Source of the DNA: Desulfurella sp.
Lineage (GTDB): Bacteria; Campylobacterota_A; Desulfurellia; Desulfurellales; Desulfurellaceae
Assembly (NCBI GenBank): GCA_031960885.1
Contig: JAVRLY010000022.1
Coordinates: forward strand, 1-19,694
Length of the DNA: 19,694 bases
Direction of reading: 5' to 3'
Part shown: one piece after another, positions 7,549 through 16,370 of the stretch
Numbering within the stretch: position 1 is the stretch's first letter
Layout: every line of letters begins with the position of its first letter
Program-made: the position numbers and the translations under genes
The notes under the pieces: model-generated
What the model saw: only the letters and a program-made list of their open reading frames with translations
The model's database searches: none
Told to the model about the DNA's origin: nothing

Positions 7549-10086
7549 TTACGATAAAATTTCGTAAAGTCTAGCTTTAATTAAATCAATAAATTTACTT
7601 TCATAAACTTTTTTAAGTCCCGAAGATAAAACATAAAATGTATCCACAGCTATTTCACCTTTGGTGTCTATAATAATTGAACCAATAAAAATTTCTAGGT
7701 CTTTAAATACTTTTGTAATGTTATATAAAAGACCTAATTTGTCTGGCGCATGAATTCTTATTACGGTGTATATATCGCTTTGATTATTATCTACTTCTAC
7801 TTCAATATGTTTAATAGACATTTCAAGCTTTGTTTTTTCTAATCTATTTAAAAATTTATTTGCATTTTTGCGTGCGCATTCGTCTAAAAACGTTTCATCT
7901 TCTTCTGATTTTTTAAAAATTTCGCTAATATGTTTTTCATCTAAATTTTTATTTTTAGTTGTAAAAGCGACGATTATATTGTTTTTATCCAAAGTGTAAG
8001 TTTTGCCTAAGATGATGCTTGCATTGGCGCAAAGCATAATACCTGCAATCTTGTTTATAAGCCCTATTTTTTCTTTGGCAAAAACAAATAATCTTGCATA
8101 CAAGTCTTTTTGCTCGATAAAAAATTTTGTATTTTTATTTGGACCTGAGAATTTTTTAAAAAGTTGCAATATTGTTTGCTCATCCATGTCAGATATTAAA
8201 TTATTTGGTATGTGATTGAGGAAATCTATCATTTCTTTTTCTTGAATTTGTCTTGCTATGCTTCTTTTCTTTTTTTGAGCATCCATAAGAATAACATCAT
8301 TTTGGTCTTTCTTCTCAAGTTTTAATATGACTTTCATATATAATGTTTCAAGCAGTTGCTCTTTCCACTTATTCCAGACATTATCATTGACTGCATTCAT
8401 ATCTGCATAAGTAAGCAAGACAAGTAAATTAAACATTCGTTTATCTTTAACAATATTTAGTACATTAAATACTGTTTTAGCATCATCAATGTCTTGATAC
8501 GAAATAACACGGTTTATTAACAAATGATGTTTTATTAAGAAGTAAAGGTCTTGTTTTAACTGTTCTCCCAAACCAAATTTATCCGATATACTAAGCGACA
8601 TCGAAGCGCCTAAAATTTCATGTTGTTGTTTTTTTAATTTTCCTATATCGTGTAATAATACTGCAAATCTAATAAGAAACAGATCTCTTTCATTAAGTGA
8701 CAAGAGAATGTGTTTAAGTCTCATAATAAAAGGACTATCTGTTTTTTTTTCAAATAGATCGTCTAAGAAGTATAATGCTTGCAATGAATGTTCATCTACT
8801 GTGTATTTATGATACATACTGTATTCACTCAAACAATATATTTTGCCAAATTCAGGGATTAATTTATTTAATAAGTTTGATTTATGCATTTGATAAATTT
8901 GTTTGTAAATAGGCTTTGGGTAAGAAAATATCATTCTAAATAATTTAAGATCTATATCTTCATTTTTTTGATTTGAAAAGTTTATCATATTTATGGAGTG
9001 AATTGTTTCAAAAGATAACAATAAATTATATCTAACGCTGTAATAAAACAGTGTCAAGATGCTACTTAAATTTAAATTACCAACAAACTCTATATAATTA
9101 TTTATTACTTTAGTTTTATTGTCTATTTCAAAAATTATAGGATTTTTATTTGTATTTATATATATAAATGCTTTGTTGATAAGTTTTTCACAGATATCTT
9201 GCATTTTTCTTGCATAATAATAGTATTTTCGCATTAGTCTTTCTTGAGCGCTAAAGTAAGAAGAAGGGTAAATTATCATCTCATTTGCAATATTTTCTCT
9301 TAAATTAACGTATAGGATATCATTTTTACCTTTTGATACAAAATGCATTGCGTTTCTTAGTCGCCATAAAAAATATAATGCAGAAGTAAGTGTTTCATAA
9401 TCAAAATCTGTCATTAAATTTTGCTTTTTTATATCCAAAGCATTCTTTGTGTTAAAAATTGATTTGTATATCCATACCACGCTATGATAGTCTCTAAGTC
9501 CACCAACACCCTCTTTAATGTTTGGCTCTAGAACAAACACAGTGTTGCCATACTTTGCGTGGCGTTTTTCGTAAGATTCGATTTTAGATTTGACATATAA
9601 AATCCTATCTGTATCTATTATTTTTTTTAGCACACATTCATAGTGTGAAAAAAGTTTCTGATCACCGCATATATATTTACTATCCATTAAAGATGTTTTG
9701 ATTGTATCATCTTGAAGGGATAGCCTATAGCAATCTTTTAAAGTTCTAACTATTACAGATGTATCATAGTTCAATTTGTACAGCAAATCTGACAAATTTT
9801 TTGATAATTCTTCTATGGATTTATCGAGTTTAGTATAAAGTATCATTAAATCTATGTCAGAATAAGGGTTTAGTTGATTTCTGCCATAGCCGCCCAGTGC
9901 TACTATGCACGTATGAGAGTTATTAGCAAAGTTTTTATAAAACTCTTGTATCAGTCCATCTACCCATTTTGAATGTATTTTTAATAAACTTCTACCGCTT
10001 TTTGTTTTTCTGTTTAATGCTCTGAGTTGTTCAAATAAAACTTCTTTTTGGTTTAATTTAGTATTTATAAACTCCAAAAAGTTCAT
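7549..10086 (-). CDS. glnD: [Protein-PII] uridylyltransferase / uridylyl-removing enzyme
   Basis: NTase 'ALGGYGR..LNPYSDIDL', 'EPNIKEGVGGLRD', HD domain 'HKYTVDEH..LLHDIGK', C-terminal ACT 'APDKLGLLYNIT..DTFYV'. Confidence 0.93.
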   Translation of the reverse strand: MNFLEFINTKLNQKEVLFEQLRALNRKTKSGRSLLKIHSKWVDGLIQEFYKNFANNSHTCIVALGGYGRNQLNPYSDIDLMILYTKLDKSIEELSKNLSDLLYKLNYDTSVIVRTLKDCYRLSLQDDTIKTSLMDSKYICGDQKLFSHYECVLKKIIDTDRILYVKSKIESYEKRHAKYGNTVFVLEPNIKEGVGGLRDYHSVVWIYKSIFNTKNALDIKKQNLMTDFDYETLTSALYFLWRLRNAMHFVSKGKNDILYVNLRENIANEMIIYPSSYFSAQERLMRKYYYYARKMQDICEKLINKAFIYINTNKNPIIFEIDNKTKVINNYIEFVGNLNLSSILTLFYYSVRYNLLLSFETIHSINMINFSNQKNEDIDLKLFRMIFSYPKPIYKQIYQMHKSNLLNKLIPEFGKIYCLSEYSMYHKYTVDEHSLQALYFLDDLFEKKTDSPFIMRLKHILLSLNERDLFLIRFAVLLHDIGKLKKQQHEILGASMSLSISDKFGLGEQLKQDLYFLIKHHLLINRVISYQDIDDAKTVFNVLNIVKDKRMFNLLVLLTYADMNAVNDNVWNKWKEQLLETLYMKVILKLEKKDQNDVILMDAQKKKRSIARQIQEKEMIDFLNHIPNNLISDMDEQTILQLFKKFSGPNKNTKFFIEQKDLYARLFVFAKEKIGLINKIAGIMLCANASIILGKTYTLDKNNIIVAFTTKNKNLDEKHISEIFKKSEEDETFLDECARKNANKFLNRLEKTKLEMSIKHIEVEVDNNQSDIYTVIRIHAPDKLGLLYNITKVFKDLEIFIGSIIIDTKGEIAVDTFYVLSSGLKKVYESKFIDLIKARLYEILS

Positions 10087-10793
10087 ACATTTGACCTTAT
10101 AAAATGTTGAGCTTCTTCTAGGTTGTTTACAATGACATCTGCTTCGCTAAAATCTTTATCAAAAATTGATTCACCGCGCTTAATTAAAATAAATAACATT
10201 CCAGCTTTTTTTGAGCCTATATCTCGTTTTATACTATCGCCAATGTAAACACTTTCGCTAGCTTTTGCATTGTGCTTATCAAGTGCTATTTTAAAAATTC
10301 TTTCATCTGGTTTTCTAAAACCAAGAATGCTTGAATGTGTAATGCTAGAAAAGTAGCCATCAAGCGATAATATATTAATTTCTTTATGCAGAAAGTCTGT
10401 TTGAGCATCTGATATCAAACCAAGTTTAAAGTCTTTTTTTAAGCTTGAAAGCACCATATGCACGTCATCAAAAACTTTAAACTCAACGATACTTAAGCTT
10501 CTATATATTTTCATTGTAAAATCTAAAATATAATCACATGCGTTGTATCCGAAACTGGAAATTGTTTCACAAAATGCTTTTTTAATATCAACATCTGGAT
10601 ATTTTTCTATCGAAATGAGCAATTGACGTTTAATATTTTCTTCAAATTTTATTTGAAAAGACTCGCTTTCAACTTTAATACCTTCATAATTGAGATATTT
10701 TGATAAATTGTGGAATATTTCTGGTTTATAATCATCTGTTTTAATGTCGATAAGGGTTCCATATAAATCGAAAAAAATGTTTTTGTATTTCAT
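10083..10793 (-). CDS. HAD-superfamily hydrolase (subfamily IA)
   Basis: Motif I 'FFDLYGTL', motif II 'LISDA', motif III 'RKPD', motif IV 'YIGDSIKRDI'. Confidence 0.88.
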   Translation of the reverse strand: MKYKNIFFDLYGTLIDIKTDDYKPEIFHNLSKYLNYEGIKVESESFQIKFEENIKRQLLISIEKYPDVDIKKAFCETISSFGYNACDYILDFTMKIYRSLSIVEFKVFDDVHMVLSSLKKDFKLGLISDAQTDFLHKEINILSLDGYFSSITHSSILGFRKPDERIFKIALDKHNAKASESVYIGDSIKRDIGSKKAGMLFILIKRGESIFDKDFSEADVIVNNLEEAQHFIRSNV

Positions 10794-11767
10794 GTTAACA
10801 ACGAATACGCTTTTTCAACAAGCAAAATTCTATAATTATACTCAAGATACCAATTGCGTGCTATCCTAAACAAACCTAATGCAACAAAAGTTTTTAAATT
10901 GTTTTCAATATAGCTAAGATTTTTTTCTGATAAAACACTGTATTGAGATAGAAAATAAGATATATATAAAGAAGCATCCTCCTCTTTTAAGCCAAATAAC
11001 ATAAAATGGTGTTTTAGTTCTGCAACAATAAAACCTAAATCTAATTCATAAGAAGCTATTTTGGATTTTTCCATATCAATTGCATAAATAGAGCCTTTTG
11101 CATAAATAAAATTTGTTGTGGTAGCATCGCCATGTATATTTGTGGCGCTACTTGTGAGTTTAGAGAATTTGTTATTACAGGCGTGCTTGATTTCAAGTAA
11201 TTGATGTTTGCTTATTAAATTGTCTTTGTATAGAGTATGCAATATTTTAGAGCAATAGTTTTTTTCTACCGATAAATCGTAATTTTCTATTGTGAAACCT
11301 TTATGTATGCAACTTAAAAGCCAAGCAAGCAAATATAGCTTGTTTTGAAGTTTTTCTTTTTTATTATTTTGTATTGCAGCTTTTATGTAGTAATCTAAAG
11401 TTTTGCCTTTTATATATGGTTCAACTAAAGCACAATTGACATCTACTAAATAACAATATGGGTTAATAACTTGTATTTTTTTGTTTGAGCATATTTGGAA
11501 GTGCTTAAGCCTATTAAATTCCCACAAAAGTTGTTTTTCAGATATTTTTTTATTTCGTGAGCTAGATCTTCCAAAAAATTTAACAACAAAAGAAGTGCCA
11601 TCAAAGTTTGATGTATATTTATAAACATTTGTTTTTGCACTGGAAAATGACTGAACTAAATAAAAATCTGTTGGAATAAAATTGTGTAGTTTTAGCTCCT
11701 TCATTTTGTTTAAATAAAAAAACAACGGGTCATCTTTTTTTAAAATTCCAATGAATTGTTCGCTCAT
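10790..11767 (-). CDS. Aminoglycoside phosphotransferase/choline-kinase-like (APH fold) phosphotransferase, substrate unknown
   Basis: ATP-lysine 'FVVKFF', helix-C Glu 'WEFNRL', Brenner motif 'IHGDATTTNF', metal-binding 'IDME', 'DLGF'. Confidence 0.8.
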   Translation of the reverse strand: MSEQFIGILKKDDPLFFYLNKMKELKLHNFIPTDFYLVQSFSSAKTNVYKYTSNFDGTSFVVKFFGRSSSRNKKISEKQLLWEFNRLKHFQICSNKKIQVINPYCYLVDVNCALVEPYIKGKTLDYYIKAAIQNNKKEKLQNKLYLLAWLLSCIHKGFTIENYDLSVEKNYCSKILHTLYKDNLISKHQLLEIKHACNNKFSKLTSSATNIHGDATTTNFIYAKGSIYAIDMEKSKIASYELDLGFIVAELKHHFMLFGLKEEDASLYISYFLSQYSVLSEKNLSYIENNLKTFVALGLFRIARNWYLEYNYRILLVEKAYSLLT

Positions 11768-12513
11768 TCAAGCTCTTCTAAAATATCGTTTGATATATCA
11801 AAGTTTGCATATACATTTGATACATCGTCATCGTCTTCTAAGGCATCCATGAGTTTTAACATACTTTTGGCCTCTTCTTTTTCAAGTTTAACAGTTGTTT
11901 GTGGCAACAGTGTTAATTCAGCACTTTCAATATTGAAACCAACTTTTTCTAATTGTGATTTTATGTTCATTAAATCTTTAGGTTCTGTAATTATTTCGTA
12001 AATATCATCTTCTTCGTTATACTTTACATCTTTAACTCCAAGCTCAAGTGCAGTTTCGATCATTTCTTCTTCGCTTTTAGCAGATTTCAAAGTAATGTAG
12101 CCTACATTATCAAACATCCATGATACGCAACCAATTTCGCCAAGACTGCCGCCATGTTTGCTCAATATATGTCTAATATTTGATGTTGTGCGTTGTTTGT
12201 TATCTGTTGTGGCTTTTATTATCATTGCAACACCGAATGGGCCGTAACCCTCATACAAAATTTCTTCAAAAGATTCGCCAGATAGTTCACCGGCACCTTT
12301 TAAAATAGCTTTTTCAATATTTTGTTTAGGCATGTTTGCTTCTTTTGCTCGATCCATGGCTAATCTTAGTCTTGGGTTTGATTCTACATCTTTTCCGCCA
12401 AGTCTAGCCGCTATAGTAAGTTCTTTAATAATTTTTGTAAACATTGCGCCGCGTTTACTATCTTCCTTGGCTTTTTTGTGTTTAATTGTGCTCCATTTAT
12501 TATGACCTGACAT
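11764..12513 (-). CDS. yebC: YebC/PmpR family protein
   Basis: 'MSGHNKWSTIKHKK', 'NPRLR', 'YEGYGP', 'TDNKQRT', 'LEDDDDVSNVYAN'. Confidence 0.96.
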   Translation of the reverse strand: MSGHNKWSTIKHKKAKEDSKRGAMFTKIIKELTIAARLGGKDVESNPRLRLAMDRAKEANMPKQNIEKAILKGAGELSGESFEEILYEGYGPFGVAMIIKATTDNKQRTTSNIRHILSKHGGSLGEIGCVSWMFDNVGYITLKSAKSEEEMIETALELGVKDVKYNEEDDIYEIITEPKDLMNIKSQLEKVGFNIESAELTLLPQTTVKLEKEEAKSMLKLMDALEDDDDVSNVYANFDISNDILEELE

Positions 12514-12530
12514 AAAAACTCCTTCCTAAA

Positions 12531-13094
12531 TCACAATTTTGCTACTGTTAATCCCGTTTGTTTTTGATATTTACCGCCTTTGTCGGCATAACTTGTTTGA
12601 CAAACCATATCTGCTTTTAAAAATATTACCTGTGCTATACCTTCATTAGCATATATTTTAGCTGGCAAAGGTGTAGTATTAGATATCTCAATCGTAACAT
12701 ATCCTTCCCATTCGGGCTCAAATGGCGTTACATTAACAATTATGCCGCATCGTGCGTAAGTGGATTTGCCTACGCAAATAGTTAATATGTCTCTTGGTAT
12801 TCTAAAATACTCAACGCTTCTTGCCAGCACAAAGCTATTTGGCGGTATAATACATACATCGCCTATAAAATCTACATAGCTTTTTTCGTCAAAGTTTTTG
12901 GGGTCTACTATGCTGTTATTCACATTTGTAAATATCTTAAACTCATTTGCAATACGCATATCATATCCATAACTGGATACGCCATATGATATTACTTTTT
13001 TGCCGTTTATTGTTTTTACCTGTCCTTCTACAAAAGGCTCTATCATACCTTGATTGGCTCTTTGTATAATTTCTACATCGCTTAAAATTGACAT
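12531..13094 (-). CDS. dcd: dCTP deaminase
   Basis: '[11 protein letters not shown]', 'IPPNSF', 'GKSTYARCG', '[11 protein letters not shown]', 'YANEGIAQ', 'GKYQKQ'. Confidence 0.95.
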   Translation of the reverse strand: MSILSDVEIIQRANQGMIEPFVEGQVKTINGKKVISYGVSSYGYDMRIANEFKIFTNVNNSIVDPKNFDEKSYVDFIGDVCIIPPNSFVLARSVEYFRIPRDILTICVGKSTYARCGIIVNVTPFEPEWEGYVTIEISNTTPLPAKIYANEGIAQVIFLKADMVCQTSYADKGGKYQKQTGLTVAKL

Positions 13095-13097
13095 AAA

Positions 13098-13391
13098 TTA
13101 CGGTCCTTCTTTTTTTATAATTTTTCCAACAAAATGGAGCAATAACCATTTCTTTTCTTTTTTAAATTCTTCTTCATCTTCAAATTTGAGCTTATTCATA
13201 TCATTTTTATCAAGAACTATGTTGTTTCGTTGCAAAGCTTTTTCCAGTATCAAAATGTACTCTGCGATTTCTTCTAATTCTTCTACTACAGTCCATCTTG
13301 GCGCTTTTTCCAATATCATATTTATCGAATCAACCACGTCTTGTTCTGTGGGTTCTTTTACTGGCTCTAGGCCTTCATCAAAAATATTCAT
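13098..13391 (-). CDS. Hypothetical small acidic helical protein (97 aa)
   Basis: GGAGG RBS (13400-13396), ATG overlapping the metF stop (TGATG), ends 3 bp before dcd; no motif recognised. Confidence 0.75.
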   Translation of the reverse strand: MNIFDEGLEPVKEPTEQDVVDSINMILEKAPRWTVVEELEEIAEYILILEKALQRNNIVLDKNDMNKLKFEDEEEFKKEKKWLLLHFVGKIIKKEGP

Positions 13392-14224
13392 CAAACCTCC
13401 ATGTGTTTTTTTATTAAATTTGCAATTTCATAATCTAATCTCATTATATGCAAACCATCTATATATGGCAATAAATTGCTAATATTTCGAAATAATTCTT
13501 CTAAGAAATCCAAAGCTATTAGCCTTGAATCTTCTTTTGAAGCATTTTCAAATCTTGATATTAATGATTGTGGTATGTCAATGCCTTTTACAAAACTATT
13601 TAGATACAACGCACTTTTATAGCTTAAGATAGGCATAATTCCAATAAGCTTGTAAATATTGATTTGATTTGTAGCTTCTAAAAATCTTTCTAGATCAAAT
13701 TTTGAGAATATAGGTTGAGTAATAACAAATTTTGCACCTATTTCAACTTTTCTTTTGATTCTTTTTTTAATGGAGTAAATAGAGTTTTGTTTTGGTATAG
13801 CGCTTGCACACCCAATAAAAAAATTTGTATTAAATTGTTCATTAATGACCCCAATTAACTCAATGAGCTCAAATACATTAATTTTGTATATGCTATTAGA
13901 ATTTTTATCTGGATCGCCTGTTATGGCTAAAATGTTTTTGAGACCCAAAGCGCTTGCTCCAAGCAAATCTGAGATAAGCGCAATTTTATTTTTATCTCTG
14001 CAAGTTAGGTTAAAAATAGGTTCACCAATGTCTTTTATAAAACTCGAGGCTACAATAGAATTCATTCGAGGTTTTGCCATTGGAGAATCTGTTACATTTA
14101 TAGCATCAACAATACCTTTGAATTTTTCAAGCTCAGCGATATGTTTTGATATATCTGTGTCTTTTGGTGGATTAAATTCTATGGTTAATAGCTTTTTTTT
14201 TCCAATAAACGATGCAAAACTCAT
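13391..14224 (-). CDS. metF: Methylenetetrahydrofolate reductase family protein (resembles the MTHFR domain of YitJ-type proteins)
   Basis: 'IEFNPPK', 'NVTDSP', 'NLTCRDKNKIAL', 'LAITGDP', 'FVITQPIF', 'GIDIP', 'DGLHIM'. Confidence 0.85.
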   Translation of the reverse strand: MSFASFIGKKKLLTIEFNPPKDTDISKHIAELEKFKGIVDAINVTDSPMAKPRMNSIVASSFIKDIGEPIFNLTCRDKNKIALISDLLGASALGLKNILAITGDPDKNSNSIYKINVFELIELIGVINEQFNTNFFIGCASAIPKQNSIYSIKKRIKRKVEIGAKFVITQPIFSKFDLERFLEATNQINIYKLIGIMPILSYKSALYLNSFVKGIDIPQSLISRFENASKEDSRLIALDFLEELFRNISNLLPYIDGLHIMRLDYEIANLIKKHMEV

Positions 14225-14233
14225 AACTGTGAA

Positions 14234-14262
14234 ATATTACAATTTTAGTTATAAATTTTCAA
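14234..14262 (-). promoter_or_regulatory. sigma70-like promoter for metF operon, probably leaderless
   Basis: Minus strand TTGAAA(14262-57)-17 bp-TAATAT(14239-34); only 9 nt separate the -10 from the metF ATG; no SD. Confidence 0.55.
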
Positions 14263-14277
14263 GTTTTATATATAAAC

Positions 14278-14326
14278 ATAGAAAAGGCGTGAAAAAGTTT
14301 ATGAGGGGGGCACCTTTTCACGCCTT
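14278..14326 (-). terminator. Intrinsic terminator hairpin of the candidate sRNA
   Basis: Perfect 12-bp inverted repeat AAGGCGTGAAAA(14284-95)/TTTTCACGCCTT(14315-26); extends to 15 bp with one G-U on the minus strand, where the stem's 3' arm runs into UUUUCUAUGUUU. Confidence 0.7.
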
Positions 14327-14346
14327 AAAGAGGGGGAAACCAAGCT
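14280..14346 (-). ncRNA. Candidate small RNA (~65 nt) with two CCCCCUC motifs and a C-rich terminator loop
   Basis: Upstream promoter TTGACT-16-TATATT; predicted RNA AGCUUGGUUUCCCCCUCUUU-AAGGCGUGAAAAGGU-GCCCCCCUCAUAA-ACUUUUUCACGCCUU-UUCU; GC-rich island in an AT-rich spacer. Confidence 0.6.
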
Positions 14347-14352
14347 AAAAAC

Positions 14353-14380
14353 AATATAGGGCTTTATAAAAAAAAGTCAA
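14353..14380 (-). promoter_or_regulatory. sigma70-like promoter for candidate sRNA
   Basis: Minus strand TTGACT(14380-75)-16 bp-TATATT(14358-53); predicted start ~14346. Confidence 0.55.
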
Positions 14381-14414
14381 GCTAAATTTGAGCTTTTTTA
14401 GAGGTTCTTTTTAT

Positions 14415-14443
14415 TTGAAAAATCTAATAGTATTTGTTATATT
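14415..14443 (+). promoter_or_regulatory. sigma70 promoter with extended -10 for tig-clpPX-hslVU
   Basis: TTGAAA(14415-20)-17 bp-TATATT(14438-43), TG at 14435-36 (TGn extended -10); GGAGG RBS 14465-69. Confidence 0.7.
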
Positions 14444-14473
14444 TAAAAGCGTGTTAATTTTTTTGGAGGTCAA

Positions 14474-15775
14474 ATGTTTGAAGTAAAAGTTGAAAAAGTT
14501 AAACCATCTAAAAGGAAGATGTTTGTAAAAGTTCCAATAGAAAAAGTCCAAAAGGCGAAAGAAAACATTGTAAATTATCTTAGAAAAACTGCAAATATTA
14601 AAGGTTTTAGAAAGGGTAAAATACCAAAAGAAATAATTCTTAAGCAATATGGCAAAGATATTGATGAAGATGTAAAAAGGGATTTGTTAGAAGAAGGTTA
14701 TCGTTTTTGTATTTCAGAAAATAATCTTTCTGTCGTTTCAGAACCAGTTTTTTTAAATGTTCAAGATTTTAATGACGAAGGGTTTTATTTTGAAGTGGAA
14801 GTAGAGGTAAAACCAGAAATCGAATTAAAAGAATACAAAGGAATAAAAATTACACAAAAATCTTACGAGGTAACACAAGAAGATATTGATAATTCGCTAA
14901 ATCAATTGAAAAATGCCTTTAGCCACTTAGAGGATTCTAAAGAAAAAGCAAAGGGCAATGACGTAGTTGTATTTGATATTAAAGCCAAAGATACTAAAAC
15001 AAACGAAGAATTGAAAGACCTTAATGGTACTGACTTGTATATAGAACTTGGCGCCAATCAGCTTTTGCCTGAAATTGAAAAAGAACTAATTGGTATGTCA
15101 GAAAATGAAGAAAAAACTATAGAAATAACATTTCCAAATGAACATACTTTAAAGTCTATTGCTGGTAAAACTGTAGAACTACAAATAAAAGTCAGAAGTG
15201 TAAAGAATGTTATTAAGCCCGATATAAATGATGAGTTAGCCAAAAAAATAAACAAAGACTTTGAAAGCGTTGATGACTTGATAGAAGATATTAAGAAACG
15301 ATTGATGGAAAATAAAAAACTTCGAGAGATTGAAAGGCAAAAAGAAGAGCTGTTGGATAGTTTGCTTAATTCTCATGACTGTGAGTTGCCTGAGAGTGTT
15401 GTTAGCAAGGAAACTAGTAATTTAATAATGGACTTTGTGAAAGATGCATATTATAGAGGCATTGACTTAAAACAAGATGAATACAAGCCAGCTAATTTGA
15501 GAATGCGTTTTGAACCTGAAGCAAGAAAACGCGTAAAAGCTACTTTTTTACTGTTAGAGATTGCAGATAAAGAAAATATAGATGTTAGCGGTGAAGAGAT
15601 AAAAAGCGCTATTGAAAAAGAAGCAAATATTAATGGTAAAAAATTCGAGGATCTTTATAAGGAGTACGAAGAAAAAGGCATACTGCCGCTTATTAAAGTT
15701 GACTTGTTAAGTGATAAAGTATTAGATTTTTTACTTGACAATGCTGTTGTTGAGCAAAAGGAAGAAAATGTATGA
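14474..15775 (+). CDS. tig: Trigger factor
   Basis: Ribosome-binding signature 'GFRKGKIP', central FKBP-like domain, 433 aa, located before clpP. Confidence 0.95.
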   Translation: MFEVKVEKVKPSKRKMFVKVPIEKVQKAKENIVNYLRKTANIKGFRKGKIPKEIILKQYGKDIDEDVKRDLLEEGYRFCISENNLSVVSEPVFLNVQDFNDEGFYFEVEVEVKPEIELKEYKGIKITQKSYEVTQEDIDNSLNQLKNAFSHLEDSKEKAKGNDVVVFDIKAKDTKTNEELKDLNGTDLYIELGANQLLPEIEKELIGMSENEEKTIEITFPNEHTLKSIAGKTVELQIKVRSVKNVIKPDINDELAKKINKDFESVDDLIEDIKKRLMENKKLREIERQKEELLDSLLNSHDCELPESVVSKETSNLIMDFVKDAYYRGIDLKQDEYKPANLRMRFEPEARKRVKATFLLLEIADKENIDVSGEEIKSAIEKEANINGKKFEDLYKEYEEKGILPLIKVDLLSDKVLDFLLDNAVVEQKEENV

Positions 15776-16368
15776 GTTTAGTTCCAATAGTTATTGAAAA
15801 AACACCTCACGGTGAGAGAGCTTATGACATATATTCAAGACTTCTTAAAGATAGGATCATAATGCTTGGTGGAGAAATAGATGATTACCTTGCAAATATA
15901 ATAGTAAGTCAGTTGTTGTTTTTAGAGTCAGAAGACCCAGACAAAGATATATACCTATACATTAATTCGCCAGGCGGTATTATTACAAGTGGGCTTGCTA
16001 TATATGATACAATGCAGTATATTAAACCACAGGTTTCAACTATTTGTATAGGAAGTTGTGCTTCTATGGCTGCTGTACTTTTGGCAGCTGGTGTAAAGGG
16101 CAAAAGGTATGCGCTACCGCATAGTCGCATAATGATTCATCAGCCTTTAGGTGGTGTTCAAGGTCAAGCTAGTGAAATTGAAATTCATGCTAAAGAGATA
16201 CTTAGGCTTAAAAAGGAATTAAATAGCATATTAAGCAAACATACAAATAAACAGATTCGTACTATTGAAAAAGATACAGAAAGGGATTATTTTATGAGCG
16301 CACAAGAAGCACTTGAGTATGGTATTATAGACAAAGTGCTTCAAAAAAGAGAAGTAGGAGAAAAATAA
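15772..16368 (+). CDS. clpP: ATP-dependent Clp protease proteolytic subunit
   Basis: '[13 protein letters not shown]', 'YINSPGG', catalytic Ser 'CASMAA', His 'MIHQP', Asp 'RDYFM'. Confidence 0.98.
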   Translation: MSLVPIVIEKTPHGERAYDIYSRLLKDRIIMLGGEIDDYLANIIVSQLLFLESEDPDKDIYLYINSPGGIITSGLAIYDTMQYIKPQVSTICIGSCASMAAVLLAAGVKGKRYALPHSRIMIHQPLGGVQGQASEIEIHAKEILRLKKELNSILSKHTNKQIRTIEKDTERDYFMSAQEALEYGIIDKVLQKREVGEK

Positions 16369-16370
16369 TT

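Noticed and set aside
10790..11767. Antibiotic resistance gene or mobile cassette interpretation of the APH-like kinase
   Set aside because: Only the generic kinase fold is evident; no integrase, transposase, att sites or flanking repeats; gene is translationally coupled to core genes
13054..13482. 142-aa + strand ORF
   Set aside because: Antisense to the RBS-bearing, operon-coupled hypothetical gene and to metF; Ser/Phe-rich shadow composition
14280..14346. SAM, T-box or THF riboswitch, or tRNA, upstream of metF/tig
   Set aside because: No SAM-I core, T-box sequence or cloverleaf; element is too short and is essentially a single hairpin; metF has its own proximal promoter
13845..14348. 167-aa + strand ORF and its short tail ORF MRGAPFHALKRGKPS (14301-14348)
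   Set aside because: Antisense shadow of metF with no RBS or recognisable motif; the tail is better explained by the minus-strand hairpin RNA
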